From Camelus dromedarius (Eukaryota): a stretch of DNA of 64,000 nucleotides. The notes beneath the pieces were generated by a model. It saw nothing but the letters and a program-made list of their open reading frames with translations, was not told the DNA's origin and searched no databases. The stretch is from assembly GCF_036321535.1 (NCBI RefSeq), contig NC_087447.1, forward strand, positions 49,354,001 to 49,418,000. Reading direction: 5' to 3'. Positions within the stretch are counted from its first letter, which is position 1. Each line of letters opens with the position of its first letter. Positions 13,969 through 26,370 of this stretch are shown piece after piece. Made by a program: the position numbers and the translations under genes.

Positions 13969-15599
13969 TAGTACCTACCTCACAGGGCCCCTGTGAGGAC
14001 TAAATGAATTAATATATATACAGTGTTAGATGGTGCCTGGCACATGTGACACCATGGAGAATGTCCCAAAGCCTGGCCTTGGGAGTGCAGAGTCCAGCTG
14101 GAGACAGGATATTCTCTCTGCCCAGGACCCCAGGAGGCCAGGAACACTGGCTCAGGGGTCACCCCTTGCCTGACATCACCAATCTAACCCACCGCTGCCC
14201 CACCCCACACTGCCCCCTACAACCAACTGCTCAGGGAACCTCAGAGGCCACATTAAGAAGTGTACCTGCCAAGTCCCATCCCAGTGCTGGGCAGGTCCGA
14301 GGGCCAGCTGGTCAGGGTAATGCCCACCCTGTGCGCAGAGCGTGCCAGGCATCTTCCCTCCTTTTACTGTGGGGTTTCCTCTGTGCCTGGGCACCAGGGG
14401 CTGAGTGGAAACTCAGTGGAGGGGGCATCTCAGAAAGGGCACTCCCTGAACCAGGGGTGTCAGGGAAGGCTCCCAGGGGGAGGGAAACTGGGGTCAGGTC
14501 TTAAGAGCAAGTAAGGGCTGTTATTTAGATGACTAAGGGACGGGCCAGATGGAAGAGCATGGCTCTAAGGCTTGGGAGAGCAGATCCTGAAGGCCAGTGG
14601 AGCAAGGAGGGCTGACCCTGACCTTAAATGTCCTGTAGGCAAGGCCAGGGGGCTCAGACTTGCCCCTGAGTTTGAAGCGGAACCAGGGGGAAAGTTAAGC
14701 TTCAGGAAGACATAATCACCTCAACATTGTGAAGGAAAAAGGTTTTCTCACTGTGTGTCATTTGAACAACTCTTGACAATGCCCCAGCACTCTCTGGGGT
14801 CTGCAGGGCCCAGCACAGGGCCTGGCCCGAAGTAGGTGGTCTGTGAACACTTGTCAAGCAGTTCTCAGATGCCGGTGTATGTTGGGGTAGCCAGATTCCC
14901 CGGCTTCTGCCCCTACCCCCAGGCCCCATGCCCCCGCTGCTGTGCTTAAAGGCCAATAGGTGTGGACATCCCTGGCCTCCGACAGCCTGTAGGAAACTTT
15001 GCCTTGAAGCAGGTCACAGGCGAACACAGGGATGCTTGCTCACTGCCTCCAAGTTCAGGGAGGAGATGGAAACAGCAGAGGGGGCAGTGAGCTTCAAAGG
15101 ACACCAGATAGGGCAAGGAAGGAAAAGTGGGGTCCTGTTACTCCAGGTCAGGAAGGGAGGGGCCTGGAATAGAACTGGACTCTGCAGCCCACAGCCTGCT
15201 CGGGGACCCCGGGGAACCTCCAGGTCTCCTGCCCCAACATTGCAAAGGCCTTCCTCCCAGAGAGCTGAAACCTGCCACTCCGCTTTCTCTGCCCAGCCTG
15301 GGCTCTGGAACCACACATCACTCCTGCCCACTTGGCCCCAGCACAGCCCCGAGACCACGTTCTCTCTGTGAACTTTTCCCCGAGCAACACATCCCAATTT
15401 CTTCACCTCGATGTAGCAGCTTCCAGGACCCATCCTCCCAACCTGCCACCTTCCTTGGCCTCATTCGAGTTTGTTCGTGTCCTTCTTTAGTCATTTAACC
15501 TCTCTGGGCTTTACTGTCCACATTTGTAAAATAGGGGTAATCCTGGGCCTCAGACAGCTGTGGGACGAGGCAATGAGATCAAGGCTCTTCTAACGAGAG

Positions 15600-15823
15600 C
15601 TATGGTTCTTAGAATCCTAACCGAGGGCGATTTTGCCCCCAAAGGGACATTTAGCAATGTTGAAAACCACTTTCGATTGTCACACTGGGATAGGGGGACT
15701 CCCAGTGTCTAACGGGTAGAGGCTAGGGATGCTGCTGAGTATCCTTCAACGCACAGGATGGTCTCTGCCAGCAAGGAATTATCCAATCCAAAATGTTAAG
15801 AGTGCCGAGGCTGAGAAACCCTG
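15600..15823 (+). mobile_element. MER20 (hAT-Charlie)
   Basis: gggcgattttgcccc...gggacatttagcaatg...gggtagaggctagggatgctgct...aagagtgccgaggctgagaaaccctg. Confidence 0.85.
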
Positions 15824-16415
15824 AACTAGGAAAAGTCCTTGTGGCCTTTAGCCACAGCCCAGCCTCTGGTAAGACCCCCATGAGAGTGAGGACAGCCTCC
15901 ATTTCACAAGTCCCTAGGTTTTCCTTCCACCTCCCATCCTTCTCAATCAGGAGGCAGCAGAACAAAGGTTCGGTGGAGCCAGACTGCTTGGGTTTGAATC
16001 CAGGCTCCTTGATCTACTAGCTATGTGATCTGGGGAAGTCACTTAACCTCTCTGTGCCTTGTTCTCCTCTGTAAAGCAGTGATATAACAACAGTAGCTAC
16101 CCCAGTGTTGGGAGCATATTAAGCCTTATGATAAGTGGTGGCTACTGTCAGCATCATCCTCATCCTCCTTACCAGGACATCTTCCCTGCTTCTTACCATA
16201 ATTGCCTCTCGCATGCTCCTTAACTGAACAGGAAAGCAGCTGCTTTTAAGTGTTTGCTGACTGAAGCAAAAAGCCACGCACACCCTATTCTTGGACCAGG
16301 TCCCTCTGGAGACCTGAAGGCTATTTCTGGGCAGCCTCAACATGCCCTTCTCTGGAAGGGGCCAGGCCAGCTCTGCCTCCCCCATTGCCTCCCTCCCTGG
16401 CCTCCAGGGACTCAC

Positions 16416-16476
16416 CCACGGGGTCCACGAGGTCGATGTGGTCCACAAAGTCCCGCTTTCCCAGATAGACAGTGAG
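16416..16476 (-). CDS. ARRB1: beta-arrestin-1 coding exon 3 (61 nt; LTVYLGKRDFVDHIDLVDPV)
   Basis: Peptide present in ORF 16321..16566(-); ccag acceptor, gtgagt donor. Confidence 0.98.
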
Positions 16477-17272
16477 CTGGGGAGGAGAGGCACAGGGCAC
16501 ATTAGCAGCTGTGGGCCCCACCCTGGAAGAAACCCTGGGAGCTGCCGCAGAAATCCCTGGACCCATCCCTAACCCTCATTGAAATCTCAGCTGGACTTGG
16601 ACCCAAGCCCCAGGCCTGATACTAAGAATAACAAACCCTTGTACAATTTTAAAAGCACCCGTTCATCCCAAAACCCATGAAGAGGTTGTTACAGTTCCCA
16701 TTTTGCAGATGAGGACACTGAGGCCTGGATGGGTCTTCATGCCAACAAGCACCACTGAGGGTCGAGGGGCAGCAGCAAAGAAGTCTGCTGAGTGGGGGTG
16801 CAGGCACATCTCTGAGAGGACAAGGGGATCCAGAGCAGGGCCAGAGGCACCGAGAACTCTGGATGCTGAGCTCTGTGCCCTTTCTGCTTCCTGCCCCTGT
16901 GCAGTCTGCAGGGATCCACTCGAAGGAGGACTTGTTTTCTGAGGCAGTAAGCCAGTGCCTCGCTCAGTAGCCAGCCTTCGGGGAGGAACCCCAGAGCTAG
17001 AATCCAAAGTGTCATTCTAGGTGCTTCCTACTCCTCCACAGTCCCTAAATCCTGACGAGTCTCCTGCCATCAGATTTCTCAATCCACCCCCTCTCTCCAT
17101 CCCCACAGCCACCCTTGCCTGGACTGCATACCAGCCCCTCAATGGTCTGCTGCCTAGAGCCTCCTGCACTTCAACCATTCTCCCCTCCTTAGCCAGACTA
17201 ATCATCCTAAAATGCAAATTTAACCATAGTAGTCTGGTCTGAAAACCCTCTAATGGTTCCTCAGTGCCTGGA

Positions 17273-17466
17273 GGTGAGATGCCAAATGAGTTTCATTTCA
17301 GATGCCAACTCTGATCGATTGGTAGGGGCTGCCTGTAGCCCTGGGCTGAAAAGGAATCCAAGATGGAATACTGGCTCAGAAGGAAAGGGTAAAGGGTGAC
17401 TGGTGATGTCTGCTGTGGGCACAGAAGGGAGACATGGGCGCACACGTGGTGCTATCTGCCAGTCCA
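17273..17466. mobile_element. MER105-like hAT-Charlie MITE within L2 sequence
   Basis: gatgccaaatgagtttcatttcagatgccaactctgatcgattggtaggggctgcctg...gcacacgtggtgctatctgccagtcc. Confidence 0.55.
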
Positions 17467-18255
17467 AACCAGGAGTCCAGACTCCTAAGCCTGGCCATAA
17501 GACTCAAGTCCCAGCCCTGCAACCTCCCCACCTCAGCTCCTGTTCCCTCTGCCTCCCTCTTGGCATCCAGACTCCCTGCGATTTCTGTTCATGCCTCCAA
17601 TATCCTTTTCCACACTGCCTTTCCTGGAAATGCATCCTTCCTCCAGGAAGCCATCCCTGAGCACCCAGGCTGGGTCTGCAGCCCCGGGGCATCCCTCTAT
17701 CTCATACTTGCCACTTTATATGGCTGTAAGGGGCACGGGCTGTGCCTTATTATCTCAGTACACCCTCCCCCGATCCCCACCAGCTCAGCCTGGACCTGAC
17801 ATGGAATGATGACAGTAATATCTGTTTGCTAAACTGAGAAGAAAGCAGGATGGAGCCTGGGGCTGTGTAAGAAAGTGGGGCAGGCACTGCGAGCTGCCCC
17901 GGATAACAGGGCTGAGTAGAGAGGCTCCAGGGGCCACTCGCACCAGAGGCCTTGGCTCCCGTGAGGCCCTTGGCACGTGCTCTCATTACTGCACTCACAG
18001 TGCAGCCTCTCTGTGATAGGTCATGTCTCCCCACAGCAGGGCAGGGGCTCCCTAAAGTCCAGGGGTGCTGCACACCCCCTTGGACAGAAGGTTTGCTGAG
18101 AGGGCTCCTCCTGCTGTGACCAAGGGCTCCTAAGGACAGAGCTGTCTCTGCCCCTCAGACAGGGTGTTCGGGTCCTGCATGAGCAGAAGAGATGCTGGAG
18201 AGAAGACGAGAGTTTGGGGACAGGGAGGAGCCAGGGTGTGGCTGCTACAACTCAC

Positions 18256-18286
18256 CTTTCCATTGGGGCTCGCCTTCTTGAACACC
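18256..18286 (-). CDS. ARRB1: beta-arrestin-1 coding exon 2 (31 nt; (R)VFKKASPNGK)
   Basis: Reverse complement reads ctag|G GTG TTC AAG AAG GCG AGC CCC AAT GGA AAG|gtgagt; matches the arrestin N-terminus, with AG/GT boundaries. Confidence 0.96.
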
Positions 18287-18789
18287 CTAGGGAGAGAAAG
18301 AGTGGGAAGGCCAGGTTAGGAAATCCTGCTCAGGGGAAGGCTCCTGCAGGCCATCCCTCAGCAGAACCGAGAACAAGGGGCCCAGAGTGACTTGCAGGGA
18401 CCATCCAAGCATTGGGAGCCAGGCATGATCGGATCTCACCACCTCCCCCACTATCCCCACCCCACCCCAGCTGCCATGCTTGCCTTGATAGCTCTCCTGG
18501 GCTCCCTTGACACCCCCTTGGTCTATTCTTAACCCAGCAGGCAGGGGGAGTCTTCCAAGATGGGTCAGACCATGCCACTCGTTTGCTCAAAGTCCTCCCA
18601 GCTCAGGCAGAGGCACAGCCTTGTGTGTGTGTCTGCCCGCCTCCTTTCCCTCCCGGCCTCACCTCCCACTCCTCTCCCCAGCCTCCAGTCACGAGCCTGC
18701 TTGCCTTTCCTCCAGCACACCACCAACACACCCGGACGCTCTCCCTGCACAGAGCTGCTCCCCCGGCCTTGAGCCTTACTTATATGATG

Positions 18790-19085
18790 GGCTTCACCCT
18801 CTGTCCACTGAGCATTCCCAGTCCTCTTCTCACTCGACCTTCCCTTTTCCCACAGCACTCATGGCTTCCAAACCTACTACACAGCTGACTCGCTGATTAC
18901 ATTTATGCCTGTCTACTCTGCCAGTGTCAGCTCCGTGAAGACAGGGATCTTTGTCTCTCTTGTCCACTGATGCATCTATAGCACCTAGAATGGTGCACCT
19001 AGTACGTGTTTAATATATCTGTGTTAATGAATGGCAGGGAGCAAGCTTCCAATAAATATTAGTTGAGAGGGTGAATGAATGAATT
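18790..19085 (+). mobile_element. L2 LINE 3' end (one of many, e.g. ~8420-8545, 25070-25320, 52700-53190, 60100-60490)
   Basis: tgtcagctccgtgaagacagggatctttgtct...gcacctagaatggtgcacctagt...tgaatgaatgaa tail. Confidence 0.75.
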
Positions 19086-21139
19086 AGGGAAGGAATCAAG
19101 CGAGAAACTGAGGCCCAGGGAAGGGAGGGGATGTGCCCATGGCTGCACAGCAGAGCACTGGGTGTGAAGTCAGGAAGAGGCATGGTTCCTGACTCCCACA
19201 AAGTGCTCCCTCGGCCTTCCAGAGCCCGCTGTGGCCCTCAGCAACACCTCCTGCCCTCCCCACTAGCTGGGGGAGAGGGTCTGGGAGCCTGAGGCCCCTC
19301 ACCTATCCCCATCATCTAGACCCAGAATTGCTCAGAGTAACATTGGGAGGGAGAGGAGAAATGTGAAAGGTAGAAACAGAGACACAGAAACAGGAGAAGG
19401 TAGTGGAGGAGGGAGGGGAGGGAGGGAGAGGAAAGAAAAGGGACGCTGGTTCTGGAAGTGTGAAAATAAAAGATAGAATGAGAGAAGAAAAAATAAAGAG
19501 AGGGAGAGAGAAATAGTCACAAACAGAGAGAGATGGAGCAGACACAGAGCAACAGAGCAGGCCTCCACGCACTGAGAGGGATCCAGGCAGCCCAAATCCT
19601 GGAGGAGCAGGAGGCCCAGCAGGCACCCAGGACAAGGCTGGGTGAGGCCCACAGTGTCACAGTGACAGCAGGTCCTTCGAGAAAGGGAGTGGGGTGGTGG
19701 CTTTGAGCTGCCTCCACACCTGCCCCGTTCACCCCCACCCCTTCCTTTTGGGGCCCAAGGGACTACTGATGGATCTGAGCTTGGCTAGCCAACAAGGACT
19801 AGCCCATCCCTCCCCCACCTCCCCTAGGACTCTGGGCTCTTCTCCTCATAAATATTTATCAGTGTTTGGAGTGTGAAGATGCCACAGTCGGCGAGGGTAT
19901 AATAATTGCTAAGGTGAGAAAAAGTACAGATCACACGGTTTGAACCAGCAGCTCCCAATCTAAGGCTGGACCCGCAGAGGAGACCAGAGAAGTGACAGGC
20001 CTCATGTACCCCAGCTGCTTCCAGAAGCCTCAGTGATTCAGACCCTCGGAAGCCCCAGGTCTGAGAAAAGGGAGCGGCCACAAATGCCCAGGGCCACACA
20101 TAACTGAGCCAGGAAAAGCCATTCCAGTAACCCCTGAGAAGGACTAAGGCACCCTGGCCACAGGAGGAGGCCGGGGCCAGCAGGGAGGAGTGATAGGGAG
20201 GGAGGGAAGGAAGCAAGGAGGAACTAACATTTTTAAAAAGAAGGAACTGGAATTTGTTGAGTGCTCAATTAATTATTTCTCATAACAGCACTGTGAAGTG
20301 GGCATTAGAATGCTCATTTTATAGATAATGAACTCAAGGCTAAGAGAGATGTAGTAATTTTCCCAGGAACACACAGCAAGCAAGGGGCCGATAAGTCAGA
20401 AATCAGACCCAGTTCCATCTGTCGGCCTCCAGAGGCTGGGTATTTTATATCCAAGCCTGCTGCTTTCCTGAAGCAGGTGTTTTTAGCAACATCAAGAATA
20501 ACAAAAAAAGAGGGGAAATGAGGACAGGAGGGTGGGCGGGAAAGAAGAAAGGAAAGAGTGAGTAAGGGGCAAGGAGGAGAATGAGGGGCAGGAAGCAGGG
20601 CCAGCCCAGCGGAGGGGGATGTCCAGTCAGCCTGGGGCCACCTCCTCAGGGTGCTGGATACTGATGGCTTCCTCAGAAACAACAGCAGCCGCCCATGCCC
20701 TCCAAGCATGTACGCCCTCATCATGTCTCTAAGTGTTTTTCCCAGAACATTGTTGTGGATCCTTCAACAATCCCATTTCAGAGACAATAAAACTGAGGCT
20801 CAAAGAGGGAAACTGTGGCTGCCTGTCTCCAGAGCGAGAGTCCCACAGCCAAATCGTCCCTGAAACAACTCCACTGGCTTCCTGACCCCAGTGCTGGCAG
20901 AAAAAAGGCCCCCATGGAGGTGCTTCCAGTTCACTGGAACCCCTGCCCATACAGCACCTTACAGATCGCTTCTGCCTGTCCACTTTGAAGAGCAAGCACA
21001 AACACGCAAGGCTGAGGTCAAAGCCAAACTTCCAGACTGTGGGGTGGCTGCATTTGGTTCACCACCAAGTCCCATCTGAGCCCCACAAGCCTGATCCTCA
21101 GAGCCAAAACTGCATCCCATAAGAGAAGTACCGGCGGTA

Positions 21140-21625
21140 TTCTACATGATTAAGACTCTGGAGACAAGGAACAGAAACCCACCAGGCAGAGCTCAAGAAA
21201 AGGAGTGGGGGGTATGATAAGGAGGCAAAAGTCTCACGGGAAGGATATGCAGGCAGGATGCACGGGGGCTGGAGCCAGGAACAGGGAAGCCATCAGCCTC
21301 TCAGGCGGCTGCTCTCTCTCTCCATCTCTCCCCCTGGGGCTGCATGTTCTCCTGGCTGCACTGCTCTCTGTGCGGCTGCTCCATTGTCTCTGTGGACCAA
21401 CTCTCTCTGCTTACTCAGAGCTTTTCTGCTCCTCCATCATTTTGGCTTGCATGTGGCTCTCACTCCAACTGGGCTTCTACTCTGCCTCTGCTCAGCTTCC
21501 CACTGTTAACTGGCTGAATGGCCCAATTCCAAATTCCCAGGAGAGGAATTTGATTGGTCAGCTGTGGTCAGGTGTTCCACGACTGGGCCAATCAGCTAGG
21601 CCTAGGTTGTGTCATGTGGTCCATG
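21140..21625 (-). mobile_element. ancient MLT1 (K/L-like) LTR
   Basis: aacagaaacccacc at the start; aattcccaggagaggaatttgattggtcagctgtggtcaggtg...ggccaatcagct at the end. Confidence 0.55.
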
Positions 21626-21779
21626 AGGCATGGGCAGAGGAGGGCCTATAGAGAAATGTTTTTCAAACCAGGGGTCACAACCCATTAGTTGACAATGAAA
21701 TCAACTTAAGAAATTGCCACCAGCACTTTGTCACTGTTATTGTTTAAGGGAATAGAAGATTTAAGCATGAGGTGCAGAT

Positions 21780-22620
21780 GGCAAGGGAACAGTATTTATT
21801 ACCACATTTACCAGTATTCCACTCCCCTCTAAGACTGGGTATATGGGTGAATCAAATTTCTCCAGTCCTATGAAGTCAGACATGCCCGTGCAGCTTGTCT
21901 GGACAAGGAAATACAAGTAGAAGTTCCATATGTCACTTCCGGGCAGAAGCATTGAAAGGCTGGTGCATGGTTTCCCCAGGCTGTTTATATTAGTCTTCTA
22001 TGGAGATTATAACAAATGATCATGAACCTAGTGGCTTAGAACAACATAAATTTATTATCTTGCAGTTTTATAGTTCAGAAGTTCAAAATGTACTTCACTA
22101 GGCTAAACTCAAGATGCTGGTAGGGCCATGTTCCTTTCCAGAGGTTCTAGGGAGAAATCTGTTTCCTTGCCCTTTCCATGCACAATCCACGTCTTAAGGT
22201 CTCTTCCTCCACCTTCAAAGCCAGCAACAGCAAGTTAGGTTCTTACCACATTGCTTCACTCCAACCTCCTCTTCTGCTTCCCTTTTCCACTTTTAAAGAC
22301 CCTTATGAATACATACAACTCCCTATTTTAAGATTAACTGATTTTAGGAAACTTAATTCCATCTGCAACTGTAATTCCCTTTTGCCATATGATATAAACT
22401 ATTCAAAGGTTCCAAGAATTAGGATGTAGACATTGTTGGGGGACCATTCTCCTGCCTACCACACCCTCTTTCCTCTGTCACTGAAACTAGCCATGATCTG
22501 GCTAGGGAAGTCTCCAGCAACCTAAATCCCAGGGCTCTCCTGCTAGATGATAGACATGTAGCATGAGGAAGAAGGCTCTTGAGCCACTAAGACTTGGGGA
22601 CTGTTTGTAACTGCAGCAGA
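21780..22620 (+). mobile_element. older MLT1 (H/I/J-like) LTR, split by the nested LTR
   Basis: 5' part atgtcacttccgggcagaagc; 3' part gacatgtagcatgagg...agccactaagacttggggactgtttgtaactgcagca. Confidence 0.65.
21985..22463 (-). mobile_element. MaLR solo LTR (MLT1C/D-like), antisense, nested in an older MLT1 LTR
   Basis: tattagtc...ctagtggcttagaacaacataaatttattatcttgcagtt...ends ttctcctgcctaccaca. Confidence 0.82.
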
Positions 22621-23114
22621 CCAGCTTTTGGCAGACACAAAAATTATTATTTAATAAAACTTTTGTTTCAGATGAACTGAGTTGCAATGTAAAATGAATG
22701 TCATGCTGTAGATTTTTCTATGTTTAAAATCCACTGTTCTAGAGAAACATGCCAAAAACAAACATGCTCTATCAGTGTCTATGCAGCCTATTGGATCCTA
22801 TTTTCTGATTCTGGTGCTCTTCTGTGAGCCAGCAGTCCTCCCAATGCCCACTTGTGCCTGTAGGCAGAGGTCTACATCATGGGGGACCCAGAACAAAATA
22901 TCTTCCTAGAAAGATCACCCAACAACTAGCAGTTTATAATTCTGTTCAGCCAAATAATGGAATATTACACAGCACTGAAGTTATGCTTGCATCTTTCATA
23001 ACACAGGGAAATGCCTATGATAGAATGTTAAGCAGAATAAATCAGGAATAAAAGCAATGTTTGGCATGAGCTCAACTTTATACTCAATAAACATGCCAAA
23101 GAAAAAATGAAGAC

Positions 23115-24722
23115 AAAGTTGTTAAAATGGCAATACTCCTCATACTGACCTATGGATTCAGTGCAATCCCTATCAAAATCCCAGCTGGATTTTTTGCCAG
23201 AATTGACAGGCTGATCCTAAAATTCATATGGAAATACAATATCCAAAACAATCTTCAAAAAAAATAGAACAAAGTTGTAGGACTCAGACTTCTCAAATTC
23301 AAAACTTATTACAAAGCTACAGTAATACAGAATGTGTGACACTGGCATAAAGACAGACATATGGATCGATGGAACAAAACTGAGAGTCCAGAAATAAACC
23401 CATATATTTGTCAGTTGATTTTTGACAAGGGAATCAAGACAACTCAATGGGGATAAAAGTAGTCTTTTCAACAAATGATGCTTGGACAACTGGATATCCA
23501 CATGCAAAAGAAATTAAATTGGACCGCCTACCTCACACCATATACAACAATTAACTCAAAATGTATCAAAGATCTAAATATAAGTGCTAAAACATATTTT
23601 CTTAGAAGAAAACATTAGTGTAAACCTACATAACCTTGGGTAAGGTAATGGCTTCTTAGATACGACACCAAAAGCACAGGCAACTAAAGAAAAAAGTAGA
23701 TAAACTGCACTTCAAAATTAAAAACTCTGGAGCTTCAAAGATCACTATCAAGAAAGTAAATAGATAATCCACAGAATGGAGGAAATACTTTCAAATCATG
23801 TACCTAATAAGGGTCTAGTATCAAGGATATATAAAGACTCTATTATGATTCAACATCAAAACAGGCAAATAATTAAAAGCAGGCAATGGATTTGAACAGA
23901 CATTTCTTCAAAGAAGATACACAAGTGGCCAATAAGCACATGAAAAGATGTTCAACATCATTTGTCACTGGGGAAATGCTAATTAAAGACACAATGAGAT
24001 ACTTCACACCCACTAGGATAGCTATCATCAAAAAGGACAACAGCAAGTGTTATTGAGAATGTGGAGAAACAGGAACCCTTGTACACTGTGGTGGTGATGT
24101 AAAGGGGTGCAGTCACTTTGGCAAACAGTCTGGCAGTTCCTCTAAATGTTAAACATAGACTTAACATATGACCCAGCAATTCCATTCCTAAGTAGATACC
24201 CAAGAGAACTGGAAATGATATCTACACAAATTCTTGTACATAAATGTTCATAATGGCATTATTCATAACAGTCATAAAACTGAAACAAACCCAAATGTCC
24301 ATCAACTGATGAATGTATTTTTTTAAATGTGGCATCTACATGCAATGGAGTATTATTCAACCATTAAAAGGGATAAAGCACTGATTCGTACTACGACATG
24401 GCTACAACTTGAAAACATTATGTTGCATGAAAGCCAGACACAGAAAGCCATATGTTGTTTGATGTTTGATTCTATTTATACGAAATGTCCAGAACTGGCA
24501 CCTACATGGACACAGAAGGCAGAGGAGAGGTTTCCAGGGGCTGGTGGGAGGGGGAAATGGGAAGTGATTGCTAATGGGTAGGAGTCTCTTTTTGGGGTGA
24601 TGAGTATGTCTGAAATTAGACAGTGGTGATGGTTACACAACCTGTGACTATACTAAACACCACTGCATTTTACACTAAAAACTCAATATTGTGGTATATA
24701 AATTATATTTCAATTTTAAAAA
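23115..24722 (+). mobile_element. 5'-truncated L1 (L1MB-like): ORF2 3' part plus 3' UTR
   Basis: Degenerate ORF2 peptide (VKMAILLILTYGFSAIPIKIPAGFFARIDRLILKFIWK), gacccagcaattccattcctaagta motif, L1MB-type 3' end; possible degenerate target-site duplication aaagaaaaaatgaa / aaagctaaaatgaa. Confidence 0.92.
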
Positions 24723-25870
24723 CTAAAGCTAAAATGAATGGAAGGAAAGGAAGTGTGCCTAAATGCTAACAGGGGTTGAAGGACCCTTCGTCCATCCACC
24801 AACTTGCTTCTTTATAGCCCTTATTTTTCCACATTGTACAATGAGCACAAATTACTTCACAAAGATGCCAGGGCCTCCATAACAGGATATGTCTCAGGTC
24901 TTAGTGAAAAAATACTGATGTGAGATAGAGAAGATAAGAATCCTATGACTCTGAATCCTTTGATGTTAGAATCTCAGATTCTGCGATTCCTCAGATCCCT
25001 CCCCAGGCCTGCTGGGTCAGCTGTCAGAACTGCTGTGCTGTGTCTTCTGCTCAGCTCTCTCTTTCTCCAGGAAGCCTTCCCTGACTCCCCCCAAATCTGG
25101 ATTAGATGCCCCCCAACTCCCATACCCAGTGTGTCCCCAGTCACAGTATTTATCACATTTTGCAAAAGTCTGTTAACTCACTCTCTGCTTCCCTTCCATA
25201 ATTTATATGAGAGTAGAGATTTTATTTGTGTTATTGATCCTGGATCCCTGGGACACAGCATGGTGCCTGGACCACAGCAGGTGCTCAGTAAATACAGGTG
25301 GAATGCTGTTGAATGAATGCCCTAAGAGAGAATTAGTCAAGAGCGAGGATGGATGAAGTTTAAAAAGAGGTAGTGATGATCCTTTGCTCTGGGTGAGTGG
25401 ACTCCAGGGATTTATTCTTCTAGCCATACCTCTCTAAGGCTCTCAGGATCAGTAGCACTGGGCTTAGAAAATGCTTCACAGGGGCAGGTCCCAGCCACCA
25501 TCAGGCTGAGCCAGGAATACAACTGACACACCCCGACAGGCCTCTGCTCAGCTTTGACCAATGACTCTCCCATTTATCATTCACTTACCCAGTAAACATT
25601 CACACAGCTCCTACCACTGCCAGGCTCTGCGGGCACTAAGATGAACAACTCATGGTCCCTGCTGATAAAAGACCGTGGTAGAGCCAAGTTAGAGAAACCC
25701 TCAGCCATGACGGCCACTGTGCATGAGCTCTCCGTATAAAAGCCAGCTGCTGTGCTAAGAACTTCACACACAATAAGATACCATATTATTCCATCTAGAT
25801 ACTCCCTTTTTTCAAAAGAGAAACTTGAGATTCAGAGACCTTAAATAACTTAACCAAAGTCTCAAAACCG

Positions 25871-26155
25871 TATCAGAAAACTCATACAGGAGAGAAACCC
25901 CCTGAATGGACCATCTATGGGAAATCATTCAGCCAAAACACATCTTACTCAACATCAGAAAACTCATCCTGGAGAGATTACCTGTAAATTCAGATTTACT
26001 ACCAGTAAATTGAGAGAGCACTGGCAACAATTCATTCCTCTGTAAGCATCAGAAAATTCATGTTAGATAAAAATGCTATGAATATGGTGAATATGGGGAG
26101 GCCTTCAGATAGTAATCTTAATCAACAACAGAAAACTTATCCAGGAGAGAAACCA
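25871..26155 (+). pseudogene. decayed C2H2 (Kruppel-type) zinc-finger array fragment
   Basis: Translates across frameshifts and stops to YQKTHTGEKPPEWTIYGKSFSQ/HLTQHQKTHPGE...SFLCKHQKIHVR*KCYEYGEYGEAFR*/SNLNQQQKTYPGEKP, with repeated HTGEKP-type linkers. Confidence 0.8.
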
Positions 26156-26370
26156 GGCGCCAATGACTGCTCTAAGTGTGTTATAAATATTAACACATTT
26201 GCTCCTCCAACAACATGTAAGGAGGTACTATTATCCCCATCTCACAGATGAGGAAACTGGGGCACAGAGAATCTAAGTAATTTGCCCAAGGTCACACAGC
26301 TAGTAAGAGGCAGAACTAGATACTGGAATCCAGGCAGTCTAGCTCCAGAGATCACACTTTCAATCACTCA
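26156..26370 (-). mobile_element. MIR SINE (one of many, e.g. ~505-720, 8860-9050, 15965-16140, 46105-46330, 49370-49580, 58010-58240, 61205-61350)
   Basis: MIR core ccccatctcacagatgaggaaactggggcacagagaatctaagtaatttgcccaaggtcacacagctagt. Confidence 0.88.

Larger units (their letters stand above)
21654..22736. mobile_element. hAT-Charlie (Charlie4-like) DNA transposon, outermost layer of the nest
   Basis: Left end tttttcaaaccaggggtcacaacccattagt; right end aataaaacttttgtttcag...tttaaaatccactg; flanking 8-mers ctatagag / ttctagag fit a Charlie-type target-site duplication. Confidence 0.6.

Noticed and set aside
23115..24722. Active L1 or intact reverse transcriptase
   Set aside because: 5'-truncated, with many stops and frameshifts; the ORFs listed here are antisense or UTR artefacts
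26060..26251. 63-aa ORF containing TYPGEKP as a functional zinc-finger microprotein
   Set aside because: No intact Cys2/His2 ligands, and the C-terminal half is read from a MIR
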